From a virus, in the IMG/VR virus record IMGVR_UViG_3300006310_000773: a DNA stretch of 64,000 nucleotides. The stretch is one strand, 5' to 3'. A model generated the notes under the pieces. That model was not told where the DNA came from and did no database searches. It was given only the letters and a program-made list of their open reading frames with translations. The position numbers and the translations under genes were made by a program. This document shows positions 40,201-49,038 of this stretch, in pieces. Within the stretch, counting starts at the first letter, position 1. Each line of letters starts with the position of its first letter.

Positions 40201-41517
40201 TGTATTTCCTTTGAGATTATTAATTTCATTAACCTGCCAACCCTCATAATTATTTAAAATGTCCCATCGCCAATATTGATGTTGTTGTCTATTCTTTACA
40301 AATGTTTCCCAATGTTGTACAAAATTTTCTAATCCTCCCCATCTAGTACATTCTTCTGTCCATAACTCATCAAATTCTATAATATCATCACAAAATTCTA
40401 TTAAACTATCCTCACTATTTGAATTATCTTTAAATTTTATATCAACCAATTCATTAAATATATCTTTAAATGTTTGTTTTTTTAGATTCCAATGTTCTGA
40501 CAATAATCTCTTAAAAGATAAAGCGGGTCCACTTATATCATAAAATATAACATTTTCTTTTCCTGAATAATTAAAAGTATTTAAAATATGATTTCCAACA
40601 AATCCTGCAGATAATACCACATAATTATCAAATTGTTTTGGTGCATTTATTCTTTCTAATAAGTTATAAAAATTATTTTCAGGTATTTCTGTTGGATATG
40701 GTTCTGAATTAAATGCATATAATTTACTAGAATATCCTCTAGTTGTAAGTGAAGTTTGATATCTAACCTTAGTTTCCATATCATTAAGCATTTTTTTATC
40801 TTGCTGTACTTCATCCAAATAAAAATATTCTTTACTTTCTCTTATTTTATAATTAAATCCTTCAACATTATATCCATATTTAAAAACTGTATTTAAAAAG
40901 TTCCACCCCCATCCCATACGTGATCCCTTTTCAATTTTTTTCATTTTTAATTTATAATCTCTCGGCTTTAACCATAGAGGTGTATAATCATCATGAAAAT
41001 CTTCAACACATCTTTCAGGTTCATATAATTCTTCTATTGTCAAAATACTAGAAGTGTGCAGGTCAGGGCAATGAATATCTTTATAAATTTCCAAATTTAA
41101 AAACATCATTTGAGGATGTATACTATACCAATTTCTATTCAAATGAATTCTACTTTTAGCATCATTGTCAACAATATGACAAAGCATAGCTGTATTTGGA
41201 GAAGCTTCTGCTTGTTCAATCAAATAAAAACACGTATCATGACTAAGACGATGCCCCGGTTTTTGAATTAATGCATATTTCCTCTCACTAGATAATGCAT
41301 CTTTGATACATTCTTGTAAATCATTATTTTCACTGTAATATATGTTTGCATGAATGTTGGCCAATTGTCCTTGAAGCTTCGATTTTGTAAACTGATCTGC
41401 AAGATCAAGTAAATATGGATCATCAATCTCATCTTCCCAATCAGAAAAAGTTCTCCAATAGCAAAAATAAATTTCTTTTTCAGCTATCTCATTTAATACT
41501 TTATTAGAATTTAACAT
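37279..41517 (-). CDS. 1412-aa multidomain enzyme: unknown N-terminal domain plus two twitch-radical SAM modules
   Basis: FCILPW occurs twice; CNLACRMC and CNLACSTC; two GGEPT motifs. Confidence 0.88.
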   Translation of the reverse strand: MLNSNKVLNEIAEKEIYFCYWRTFSDWEDEIDDPYLLDLADQFTKSKLQGQLANIHANIYYSENNDLQECIKDALSSERKYALIQKPGHRLSHDTCFYLIEQAEASPNTAMLCHIVDNDAKSRIHLNRNWYSIHPQMMFLNLEIYKDIHCPDLHTSSILTIEELYEPERCVEDFHDDYTPLWLKPRDYKLKMKKIEKGSRMGWGWNFLNTVFKYGYNVEGFNYKIRESKEYFYLDEVQQDKKMLNDMETKVRYQTSLTTRGYSSKLYAFNSEPYPTEIPENNFYNLLERINAPKQFDNYVVLSAGFVGNHILNTFNYSGKENVIFYDISGPALSFKRLLSEHWNLKKQTFKDIFNELVDIKFKDNSNSEDSLIEFCDDIIEFDELWTEECTRWGGLENFVQHWETFVKNRQQHQYWRWDILNNYEGWQVNEINNLKGNTFIWVSNVYANEYALWEHKNYSNIFKQLKKLISKLNDQVYVYGFLPDIKLDDDDSERIYNSFGRKVLQGEIYTKKFLQENINIPTKNFCILPWIHMTSSVAGWYRVCCDSNKNLRVGSDSKDVTSQDALHANVATIKDAFYSPEMNKIRKQFLNNERPNICSTCWKREDMGIASLRIAMNGRFADNIDTFNLKKPKLKYLDIKYDNKCNLACRMCSAGSSDQHQKELLIQVNDGKRIPNHFDYGEYENNNKYKKELSHRLSSHAEKPFLEQDVISALPELEVLKVTGGEPTVNHKFLNAVDYAIKNDYAKNIVLDLTTNGTKFNSDLLEKISHFKFCRFRISIDGTDKLYDYIRYPFNWDMLNKSVNLMFSHFKEKEYLQNRVSVGFSIVAQPYNIFNLDDIYKWADELYKKYYTNLSEHDGPDAMIDVAVDFQMIPQSSELNSEFIDHDLLKLALEKFEANTKEVVGIKPRLKFFQNFVKNTIINNIKDLKHYQLKKTTRFYDNIRNQQYKNHLASEMIDYLDNAPPAPWKKEDSGFCILPWMHLSTRTTGNMQLCCTANSSSDDEHPQIGCNRKDDGQLVNLKHDNWKDYWNTNYMKNVRSEMIKGNKPRECQKCYKEEEVGYNSKRIWENKKWKKKLDYNSIVWHTKDDGEAPAKIHYVDLKLGNKCNLACSTCNPDDSSFWIKDWTKMKNSNISSDLQNKLSWSKGKDQNGGYNWYKNEQTWKELSEQPISDAYILGGEPTIINEFKDFIKNSPKTTNLRFNTNAEEIDDKLFSMLKRLSLVEIAVSLDGVEKRHEWLRYPSKLDTTMQNLIKYNNFAKNNEHIKINIDTTASIFNIMHIPDFIKWKLTQDEISEINKWPEHGGMIGIHFLHSPNFLSVKCLTKEYKEKISDKYNDFYKWLEENFEYYDRVLEKPNGIKKLKSLIEFMWSEDQSNLLPQTFEYIQNLENIRQLNFSIIFPELKELYNEYK

Positions 41518-42157
41518 TATTATATCCGTTTATGAAATTTTTCCAACTTCTTCTGACAATAGGATTCCAAAATTCTGAATCCATATTACATCCATTAGTA
41601 AGAATATGATAACGTGGCTTATCACTATTATTAATACACTCATGGTTCCATACATTAGAAAAAAGCCACGTAGATCCATTATCAATTGGGATATTGCCCC
41701 ATCCTGATACATGAAAATCACAACCTTTTGGATGTTGAATAGAGAAATGCAGGATACTTGGACCCATTATATCAAGGGTAAGTGGTTGGTCTTCAATATC
41801 TCTATCATTATGTAAAAAAATTGAACCTCCTGGATCAATTTTCATAAATCTTGTTCTTTCATGAGATATTATTCCCGCGTGGTTTTGTAAAAAGTCTTTT
41901 GTTTTTGGACATTTATCCGCTATACTTGTCCAATCATATCTAACATGTTCTAATTCTTCATGATAAACACTGCCGAATTCACCACTAATTCCATGTAATG
42001 CTAAACTAGACCAATTCTTTCCACTACTTTCTCTATATGGTATCCATTCATCTAATTGTTCAACTTCATGTAAAATGTCTTCCCAACGAAATTGAAAGTC
42101 AAGCATTAACCACGGCAATGCACAATTATCTATTGCGTAACTATATTCTTTATTCAT
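41504..42157 (-). CDS. Aspartyl/asparaginyl beta-hydroxylase-like Fe/2OG oxygenase
   Basis: WSSLALHG, RFMKIDPGGSIFLHND and HECINNSDKPRYH. Confidence 0.75.
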   Translation of the reverse strand: MNKEYSYAIDNCALPWLMLDFQFRWEDILHEVEQLDEWIPYRESSGKNWSSLALHGISGEFGSVYHEELEHVRYDWTSIADKCPKTKDFLQNHAGIISHERTRFMKIDPGGSIFLHNDRDIEDQPLTLDIMGPSILHFSIQHPKGCDFHVSGWGNIPIDNGSTWLFSNVWNHECINNSDKPRYHILTNGCNMDSEFWNPIVRRSWKNFINGYNNVKF

Positions 42158-42458
42158 TTTTTTTATCTATAAAAGTGTCTCTATTTTTTAATTCACATGT
42201 CTGTTTACATTTTTTAACAGGCTCATCTGAACTCCATGAATTTATAATACCATTAAATAACGGGCCATCTAATATTTCTTGTATTGTTTGACTATACAAA
42301 CTATTATTATATTTTGCATTAAATTCACCAAACAATGTTTTTGGGGGATGTCCAGCCGCCATATTTAATGATTCAGCATTTACATAACAACACGGTATTA
42401 ATTCACCAACATGATTTATAAATATTCTTTTTTGATTTCCATATTTACATTCTATCAT
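42150..42458 (-). CDS. Stand-alone SPASM/twitch Fe-S domain
   Basis: IEC...IFINHVGELIPCC...CKQTC; aligns with the C-terminus of 44415-45476. Confidence 0.75.
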   Translation of the reverse strand: MIECKYGNQKRIFINHVGELIPCCYVNAESLNMAAGHPPKTLFGEFNAKYNNSLYSQTIQEILDGPLFNGIINSWSSDEPVKKCKQTCELKNRDTFIDKKNE

Positions 42459-43828
42459 ATTACTTTCTTTATACTATCCAAAAAATAATCTGCTAGCCAT
42501 TGATTTGACTTTTTTCCAGGATGACTTAAATCTCTTGCATAATCATCATAAGCAGAAGGAAGTTTATTTTTTTCAATGTATTCAATTACTTGTTCTCTCG
42601 TAGCCTGTTTTCCATCTTCAACAAAATTCTCTATCATTTCTGCCATCTCACTAATTGATGTAACATTTATCTGTGCATCTACTTTATTAAAAGGTATCTC
42701 ATAATCATCAGCCAAAAAATAATGAAAGGAAGCCTTATTTTCATAACAAACACCTTTAACAGCATTAATATTTCTTGATGCATTTAATTTATTCATATAT
42801 ATATTTCTGGACATATGATTAACCAATTGTTTTACATATTGATCAAAATATATATCCCCCTCTTCACCCTGATGAGATCCGAACGGATTTGTACAAATAT
42901 CAAATTCAAATAAGTCAGTATATTCAGTTTTATGTTGAATAAAAGAAACATCTTCCCACCAGTAAGGCTCTTTCTGGAGCGCCAATTTCCAATTAGATTC
43001 AAAACCCTTTAATATAAGATATTTAAATAAATTTTCATTAAAATGAAAAGTACGAGTAATATTAGGACCTAAAAATACTACATGTTTCGGTTTTAAAAGA
43101 GGTATTAAATATTGACTAAAAAGATATGCTTGATCATGACTACCTCCTGATAAACCTACATTATAGTTTTTTAATCCCAAAGTTTTACTAAGTATATTAG
43201 AAAAACGATCTTTTTCTGCTAAACCTATACCATAAACATAACTACATCCTAATATTAAAATACTATCACCTTTATTGTCAAAATCAAATTCATCAGACCT
43301 AAATCCCCAACTATTATGTCTATACCAAGGCACTTCTTCACATTCAGTCTGTAAATAATTTATTTGTTTTTTTGATAATGTATATGGCCAATCCTGGCCA
43401 TCATGAATCATTTTAATTTTCTCAAATTGTTCTGTATATCCACACATATCCAGTACATATTTGCCGTAACTGGAATTTTGAAATTTATCATATCGCTCTT
43501 TATTATCTTGCCCCATATAAAGATAATCGCCATTACGTCTATGCCAAGATGTATGCAAAAATGGTATAATTTGTTTTTCTGTAAAATCATGATTTTGTAA
43601 ATATCCTATAAAATGAGTCAATTCTGTATCATGAACATTAAAATTTGTTAAATCAAATTCTCCATTATCAATTCTTTGACTAATTTTAGAAATCTTTTCT
43701 TCTGAACCATCTTTAATAGGGCATTTAGGTAAAATATCATCTTCCCATTCTAAACAAAATCCTTTAGTTTTGAAATCTTTTCCTAATTTAAACTTAGCAT
43801 TATTGGCATTTAGATGTTCTTCACTCAT
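42455..43828 (-). CDS. SGNH/GDSL hydrolase-like protein
   Basis: NSWGFRS, LILGCSYVYG (block I), NVGLSGGS (block II) and DLSHPG (block V). Confidence 0.65.
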   Translation of the reverse strand: MSEEHLNANNAKFKLGKDFKTKGFCLEWEDDILPKCPIKDGSEEKISKISQRIDNGEFDLTNFNVHDTELTHFIGYLQNHDFTEKQIIPFLHTSWHRRNGDYLYMGQDNKERYDKFQNSSYGKYVLDMCGYTEQFEKIKMIHDGQDWPYTLSKKQINYLQTECEEVPWYRHNSWGFRSDEFDFDNKGDSILILGCSYVYGIGLAEKDRFSNILSKTLGLKNYNVGLSGGSHDQAYLFSQYLIPLLKPKHVVFLGPNITRTFHFNENLFKYLILKGFESNWKLALQKEPYWWEDVSFIQHKTEYTDLFEFDICTNPFGSHQGEEGDIYFDQYVKQLVNHMSRNIYMNKLNASRNINAVKGVCYENKASFHYFLADDYEIPFNKVDAQINVTSISEMAEMIENFVEDGKQATREQVIEYIEKNKLPSAYDDYARDLSHPGKKSNQWLADYFLDSIKKVI

Positions 43829-44415
43829 TTCACTTCTCCACTACCTGTTCTATGTGAATATATTTTTCTAAATCTTTTAAATCCTTCAACTTTAGACATA
43901 TTCTCTGCCTCCTTTATTAAATGTTCATTATGATCAAATACAATAAATTGCCATGTTGCATTGCCGCCCGCACCTATAAATGCTCTATAATTTTCCTGCA
44001 CCTTTTTAAAATTAGATCCAATTCTATATTTTTCCAATGATTTTTGATCTGTTCCATCAAGACCAAAAAATACAGATAACTTTCTTCTACCCAGATCTTC
44101 CCAGAATTTAATAGTTCGAGTAGATCCATTAGTAGCAACATTAACATCTGAAAAATCTAAAAAATAATCTACTATGTCTATAAATTCCGGATGAGTAGTG
44201 GGTTCATCGACTGATCCACAAAAATTTATAATTTTCAAATTGGGTAAATATCCTTTCGGAATCCATTTTTTTAAATCTTCAAATTTAATATAAGACTTAT
44301 TAAGTAATGGTCCAACTTTATCATGCATTTCTTGACGAAGACATCCTGGACATTTAATATTACAAAAACTAGTAAGTTCTATATCAATCCATTCTATGGT
44401 ATTTTTATTCCACAT
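43825..44415 (-). CDS. Radical SAM core lacking the SPASM domain
   Basis: CNIKCPGC, FCGSVDEP, ATNG, GLDG and FDHNEH; paralog of the N-terminal part of 44415-45476. Confidence 0.85.
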   Translation of the reverse strand: MWNKNTIEWIDIELTSFCNIKCPGCLRQEMHDKVGPLLNKSYIKFEDLKKWIPKGYLPNLKIINFCGSVDEPTTHPEFIDIVDYFLDFSDVNVATNGSTRTIKFWEDLGRRKLSVFFGLDGTDQKSLEKYRIGSNFKKVQENYRAFIGAGGNATWQFIVFDHNEHLIKEAENMSKVEGFKRFRKIYSHRTGSGEVK

Positions 44416-45476
44416 TATAAAAATTGTTCATTATATGCATCAAATCCTATTCCACATTTGTTAGCGCAAACTTTAAGTTTTCCATCTTTAACACTGGAAC
44501 ATGACCAAGAGTCTTCTATGGCTTTGAAAAACGGGCCGTTAACTATTTCTTTTATAGTATGTTTTCTGAGACTGATATTTTCATAATCTCCTATTAATTT
44601 CCAAATAGGTGCTTCGCGGGGTTTCCAATACCATTTATATTGTTGTCCCGCTGTCCAACAACAAGGAAACACATGCCCCTCTGCTGTAACAAATATTTCC
44701 TTCTTATTTATTGCTTTACAATTAATAGGTGTTGTATCATAATATGCATCCATGCTACCATGTTTAGCAACTAAATCTTTTTCTTTTTTTAATGCAACAT
44801 TAACAAACTCTAAACTAGGTTTTTCTAACTTCTGAGTATTTTCGCCTTTTCGATTTGTTGCTTGATGGGCGTCTTTACCTTTATGTTGAACAGTCGAAAA
44901 GAAACGTCCTGTTTTTTTAACTTGAAATTTTTCAAAGCCCATATCCATCGCCAATTGTCTTGCCTCATCTACCTGATGTTCATTATGTTTAAACACTATA
45001 AAATCCCATTTAGCATGACCACCTCGATCAATAAACGCTTTGGCATTCTCCATTACTCTTTCCCATTTAACTTTTTGCCTATATAAATGATTAGTATCCT
45101 CTAAACCATCTATACTAAATGTTACAACTACATCTATATCTGCTAAATCTTCCCAAAAATATTCTGGTTTAGCGCCTCCATTGGTATTCATACCTAACCA
45201 CATATTGGGATTAGCATTTCTAAAAGATCTAAATCCCTCGATTGCATAATTGCTTATGCATGGATCACCTAAATTACCACACATATACATAGAGTCCAAC
45301 TGTTCTACAAAATGCCAAGGAAACATTTCATAATAATCCATAGAACTTAACATTGCATTTGTGAGATAGGGATTATCTTTACCACCATTTATATTACGGT
45401 CACATTGGGGGCAAGCGGCATTACATCCCTGAGTAGGTTCAATATGAACACTTTTTATTTCATCATATCTATACAT
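44415..45476 (-). CDS. Radical SAM/SPASM protein
   Basis: CNAACPQC, CGNLGDP, TNGG and SIDG; C-terminal C...PCC...CANKC. Confidence 0.9.
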   Translation of the reverse strand: MYRYDEIKSVHIEPTQGCNAACPQCDRNINGGKDNPYLTNAMLSSMDYYEMFPWHFVEQLDSMYMCGNLGDPCISNYAIEGFRSFRNANPNMWLGMNTNGGAKPEYFWEDLADIDVVVTFSIDGLEDTNHLYRQKVKWERVMENAKAFIDRGGHAKWDFIVFKHNEHQVDEARQLAMDMGFEKFQVKKTGRFFSTVQHKGKDAHQATNRKGENTQKLEKPSLEFVNVALKKEKDLVAKHGSMDAYYDTTPINCKAINKKEIFVTAEGHVFPCCWTAGQQYKWYWKPREAPIWKLIGDYENISLRKHTIKEIVNGPFFKAIEDSWSCSSVKDGKLKVCANKCGIGFDAYNEQFL

Positions 45477-46834
45477 AATTCTGGAAAAACTTTTTCAAAT
45501 TGTTTATGTGGTCTTAATCTATTTAAATGTGAAATATATTCTTGAAATTCGGGAAGTCTTTCAGACCAATCTTCATCATCCATGAAATTTAATAGTCCTT
45601 CATATCTTTTAATTCCATAGGATGAATTTGCCCAATCATCAAATTCTATATTTTCTACACCGGTACATAATTTCCAATTATCTTCCATCCAAGGGAAAAA
45701 CTCTTCTTCATATTTCTCTCTAATTTTATATTTTAATTCTTTTGGTATTATTTTAACATTTAATTGTGGTGGCCAATATGCCAAATGACAATTGATCATT
45801 CCTGCTCCCCCAGGCCATTTATTTATTTTCTTATATCCTTGCTGAACTTTCCAAGATATAAATTCTGGAAGATAATTAATACTCAATGCCATAATAGTTG
45901 TTGCGGTTGTTACTGTAATATTATCATCAGTCTGATCCATTAATTTTAAATTCTTTTCAATAATTTTCCATCTACTAGGATAGCGAATATAATCATTATA
46001 CTTTCCCCAACTATCTATTGAAAAATGAAATATTACATGTTTAAATTCACTCCACAACTTAAATAACTTATCTGGTAATTCAATACCATTTGAATTATAT
46101 CTTAATTCAATTTTAGGAGCATAGCCCATTTCAATTACTTTTTCAAGTAAGGTATAATGCTCGTCAATAATAGTTGATTCACCTCCTGCAAAATATAATT
46201 GATAAATGTTTGGTATTTGTTCATATAAATCTTCCCAAAAATGAGGACTCATTTTATGCCAATTATACGTTCCGCCGTCTTCATTTTTTTTCCATTGACT
46301 AGTATCTTTCAATCTTTCATTTTTTATTTTAGGATAAAAATCTAACCACTCTTTATTCCATCCAGAAGAATCATTTGGAGAACACATCACACAAGCCAAT
46401 TGACATTTACTTCCCATTCGTAAGTCAATATATCTAAGTTTGGGGGCAACTGATCCATCTTCATTTGTGTTTTTTACTAATTCATTTAAATCATAAATTT
46501 CTCCCCATTTATTAGTTTCCCAAACTCTTTTAGGAATATGGCCCGCATCTTCTTCTTTAAAACATTTTTCACATTGAGGAGGGCGTTCACCTTTCATCAT
46601 CATCAATCTAGTACGCCTCATATAATCATTATTCCACGCATCTAATAATCGAGTGGTATTTAAATTAGCACATTGGCCATCTTCATTTCTTATATTTGCT
46701 TTTGTTCTTATGGAAGAATTTGGATCTTGAACAGCAGACGCATTCGCAGTACAACATACTCTCATATGTCCGTTGGGTCTTGTTGATAAATGTATCCACG
46801 GCAATGCGCAAAAAGTGGGGGAAGGATAGTCCAT
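45455..46834 (-). CDS. Radical SAM protein with N-terminal twitch/SPASM-like domain
   Basis: FCALPW...VCC...CEKC, then CQLACVMC, AGGES and YIRYPS. Confidence 0.9.
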   Translation of the reverse strand: MDYPSPTFCALPWIHLSTRPNGHMRVCCTANASAVQDPNSSIRTKANIRNEDGQCANLNTTRLLDAWNNDYMRRTRLMMMKGERPPQCEKCFKEEDAGHIPKRVWETNKWGEIYDLNELVKNTNEDGSVAPKLRYIDLRMGSKCQLACVMCSPNDSSGWNKEWLDFYPKIKNERLKDTSQWKKNEDGGTYNWHKMSPHFWEDLYEQIPNIYQLYFAGGESTIIDEHYTLLEKVIEMGYAPKIELRYNSNGIELPDKLFKLWSEFKHVIFHFSIDSWGKYNDYIRYPSRWKIIEKNLKLMDQTDDNITVTTATTIMALSINYLPEFISWKVQQGYKKINKWPGGAGMINCHLAYWPPQLNVKIIPKELKYKIREKYEEEFFPWMEDNWKLCTGVENIEFDDWANSSYGIKRYEGLLNFMDDEDWSERLPEFQEYISHLNRLRPHKQFEKVFPELCIDMMK

Positions 46835-46843
46835 AATTGTCTC

Positions 46844-46877
46844 ACTAAATATTAATAATCATATACTTTTATTTATG
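46844..46877. promoter_or_regulatory. Divergent late-promoter-like motifs: ACTAAATA (+, 46844-46851) and CATAAATA (-, 46870-46877)
   Basis: Each lies ~36 bp upstream of the first gene of its operon, in a 53 bp gap; same spacing as the motif at 7722. Confidence 0.55.
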
Positions 46878-46887
46878 CTATTAAAAT

Positions 46888-47640
46888 ATGACTAATTTTT
46901 TTTGTTTGAAGTGGGGAAATAAATATCCTCCAAAATATGTGAATCGATTATTCAATTCTTTAAAAATACACTATAATAATTCTTTTAATTTTCATTGTTT
47001 AACAGAAAATTCTAAAGGATTAAATAAAGATATTGAAATAAAACCAATTCCTACAACATTCGATGAATTTCCAAGAACTCAAATTTTCACTTCAGAAAAA
47101 ATGTGTTATTTTGGAGATTATGCTAACATGTCAGGTAAAAAGGCATGGTTTGATTTAGATATATTGATTCAAAATAACATAACAAAATACATACACAAAA
47201 ATCATCCAAAACCAAAATTTATTTGGAATTATTGGAGAGATTCATTGGCCTCAAAATTAAATTATGGATATTTAACAACTCCTATAAATTCTTCATTTGT
47301 TGCTTGGGATAATGATGCTGGATATGAAATGTATGAAAATTTATTAAAAACAAAAAAGGAAGCATTCTTTTCATATCCATCTTTCGATAAACTCATATTT
47401 TATCAATGTCATCGCAAAAAAATGGTAGATTTCTGGCCTCCAACCACTGCCTATAATTACAATATAGGTGCAAAATTTCCAAATGATATGACTCCAAAAG
47501 AATATAAAAAACGTTATAAAATATGTCTATTCAATACTTCACATAAAGCATGGGCAAAAGAACATGAACAACATGTAGAATTGCATGATGCACAAGGATG
47601 GGCAAAAGAATTATGGGAAAGTTATAATGTCATCTTATGA
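46888..47640 (+). CDS. Glycosyltransferase (GT-A, nucleotide-diphospho-sugar transferase)
   Basis: CLKWGNKY...YVNRL, FHCLTE, FDLDILI (DxD) and INSS. Confidence 0.8.
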   Translation: MTNFFCLKWGNKYPPKYVNRLFNSLKIHYNNSFNFHCLTENSKGLNKDIEIKPIPTTFDEFPRTQIFTSEKMCYFGDYANMSGKKAWFDLDILIQNNITKYIHKNHPKPKFIWNYWRDSLASKLNYGYLTTPINSSFVAWDNDAGYEMYENLLKTKKEAFFSYPSFDKLIFYQCHRKKMVDFWPPTTAYNYNIGAKFPNDMTPKEYKKRYKICLFNTSHKAWAKEHEQHVELHDAQGWAKELWESYNVIL

Positions 47641-48160
47641 AACTTTATTAAAAACAAAACATAAAAAATTTAAATATTTAATTGAATATTCTAATAATAA
47701 AGATGTTCAAAAAATATCATGGCGAGTATTTGACGAAATCATGATACATTATGAAGAAGAGCCCGTACATTTTTTATGTAGTTGGTTCTGTCATATAGAA
47801 GTGGATGATTTTGAATTATTCGGTTATAAGTGCTATTATTATGATATAGATCCTATGGTATGCAAAATTAATAAATTAATAACAAAGAATGTTATTAATA
47901 AAGATGTCATATTTGATGATGTTAAAATAGAAGACGGTATAATTGTAAATAAATATTGTGAAACATGTTATCCTGTTGGTAGAAAGTTCTCAGGAAAGTT
48001 TGTTTTAGTTGGTTCTGATAATCCACATCTATCTTGTATTAATCCGATAAATAGTTGTCAACAAATTATAGATCAAAATCAATTAACAACAATTCATTAT
48101 AAAACTGAAATAAAAGGTAAACATAATTATTATTTGGTGGTAGGATGCAATCAACTATAG
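47585..48160 (+). CDS. Methyltransferase-fold-like protein (likely start 47627), paralog of 48145-49038
   Basis: LCSWF, YDIDP, VNKYCE and CIN.I motifs shared with the next ORF. Confidence 0.45.
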   Translation: MMHKDGQKNYGKVIMSSYETLLKTKHKKFKYLIEYSNNKDVQKISWRVFDEIMIHYEEEPVHFLCSWFCHIEVDDFELFGYKCYYYDIDPMVCKINKLITKNVINKDVIFDDVKIEDGIIVNKYCETCYPVGRKFSGKFVLVGSDNPHLSCINPINSCQQIIDQNQLTTIHYKTEIKGKHNYYLVVGCNQL

Positions 48161-49038
48161 AAAAATTAAAAAAATTTGAAGATAATATTGAAAAGAAAAA
48201 TCAAGAAATTAGAGATTCTGCAGGAAATATTAGAAAAACTATTGGAAAATTAAAAAATGATGTTAGAAAAACTATTGGAAAATATAAAACAAATATTGGA
48301 AAAAATAAAAAACATGTAAGTGATACCACAAAAAAAATTAATAAATTACCATATCATAAAATAGAACAATGGATAATAAACAATCAGGTTGGTAGTTTAG
48401 AAAGTTATCAAGATTCTTTATCACATGGACAATTATCTTCAAAACAATGGTTAGTTAACAAATTACCCAAAGGAAAAGATTTATATCTTGAAGTTATTTC
48501 AGACGGAACGCCAACTATTTTAGGATATACACAACATTTGCCTTTGGTCAATAGTGAAGGTAATACTGACCCATACCCTGAATCATCTTTATATATTGAA
48601 ATTATTGGTGGATGGTTTGGTTGTCCATTAATAGATCTGTTACATTCTAAATTAGAAATAAAAAAAATAGACTTTTATGAAAAAGATGAATTATGTAAAA
48701 AAATATTAGCACAATATCTAAATCATTTTGAATTTCCCTTTGAGGTTTCTATTTTCGGAGATTTTTTTGAAAGAAAAGAAATTAGACGTAGAGATTTAAT
48801 CATTAATACCTCAGGAGAACATATGGAAGATATTATAAAAATGAAACATTATTTTAAAGGAAATCCTGTAGTTGCTATACAATCAAATGATTATTTTGGA
48901 TTAGATGAACATATCAATTGTGTTCATAATGTTGAAGAATTAATTGAAAAAAATCAAATTAAAAATGTGGTATATAAAGGTGAATTAGATTTTCCAAAAT
49001 ATACAAGATATATGACCATAGGTCACTGGTATGTTTAA
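48145..49038 (+). CDS. SAM-dependent methyltransferase-like protein
   Basis: GQLSSKQWL, IIGGWFG, FYEKD, DLIINTSGEHM, QSNDY and HINC. Confidence 0.55.
   Translation: MQSTIEKLKKFEDNIEKKNQEIRDSAGNIRKTIGKLKNDVRKTIGKYKTNIGKNKKHVSDTTKKINKLPYHKIEQWIINNQVGSLESYQDSLSHGQLSSKQWLVNKLPKGKDLYLEVISDGTPTILGYTQHLPLVNSEGNTDPYPESSLYIEIIGGWFGCPLIDLLHSKLEIKKIDFYEKDELCKKILAQYLNHFEFPFEVSIFGDFFERKEIRRRDLIINTSGEHMEDIIKMKHYFKGNPVVAIQSNDYFGLDEHINCVHNVEELIEKNQIKNVVYKGELDFPKYTRYMTIGHWYV

Noticed and set aside
42455-43828. Intron or intein/homing endonuclease splitting the rSAM gene
   Set aside because: The insert has SGNH motifs, not LAGLIDADG, HNH or GIY-YIG. There is no non-coding flank for a group I intron core, and it has its own start and stop.
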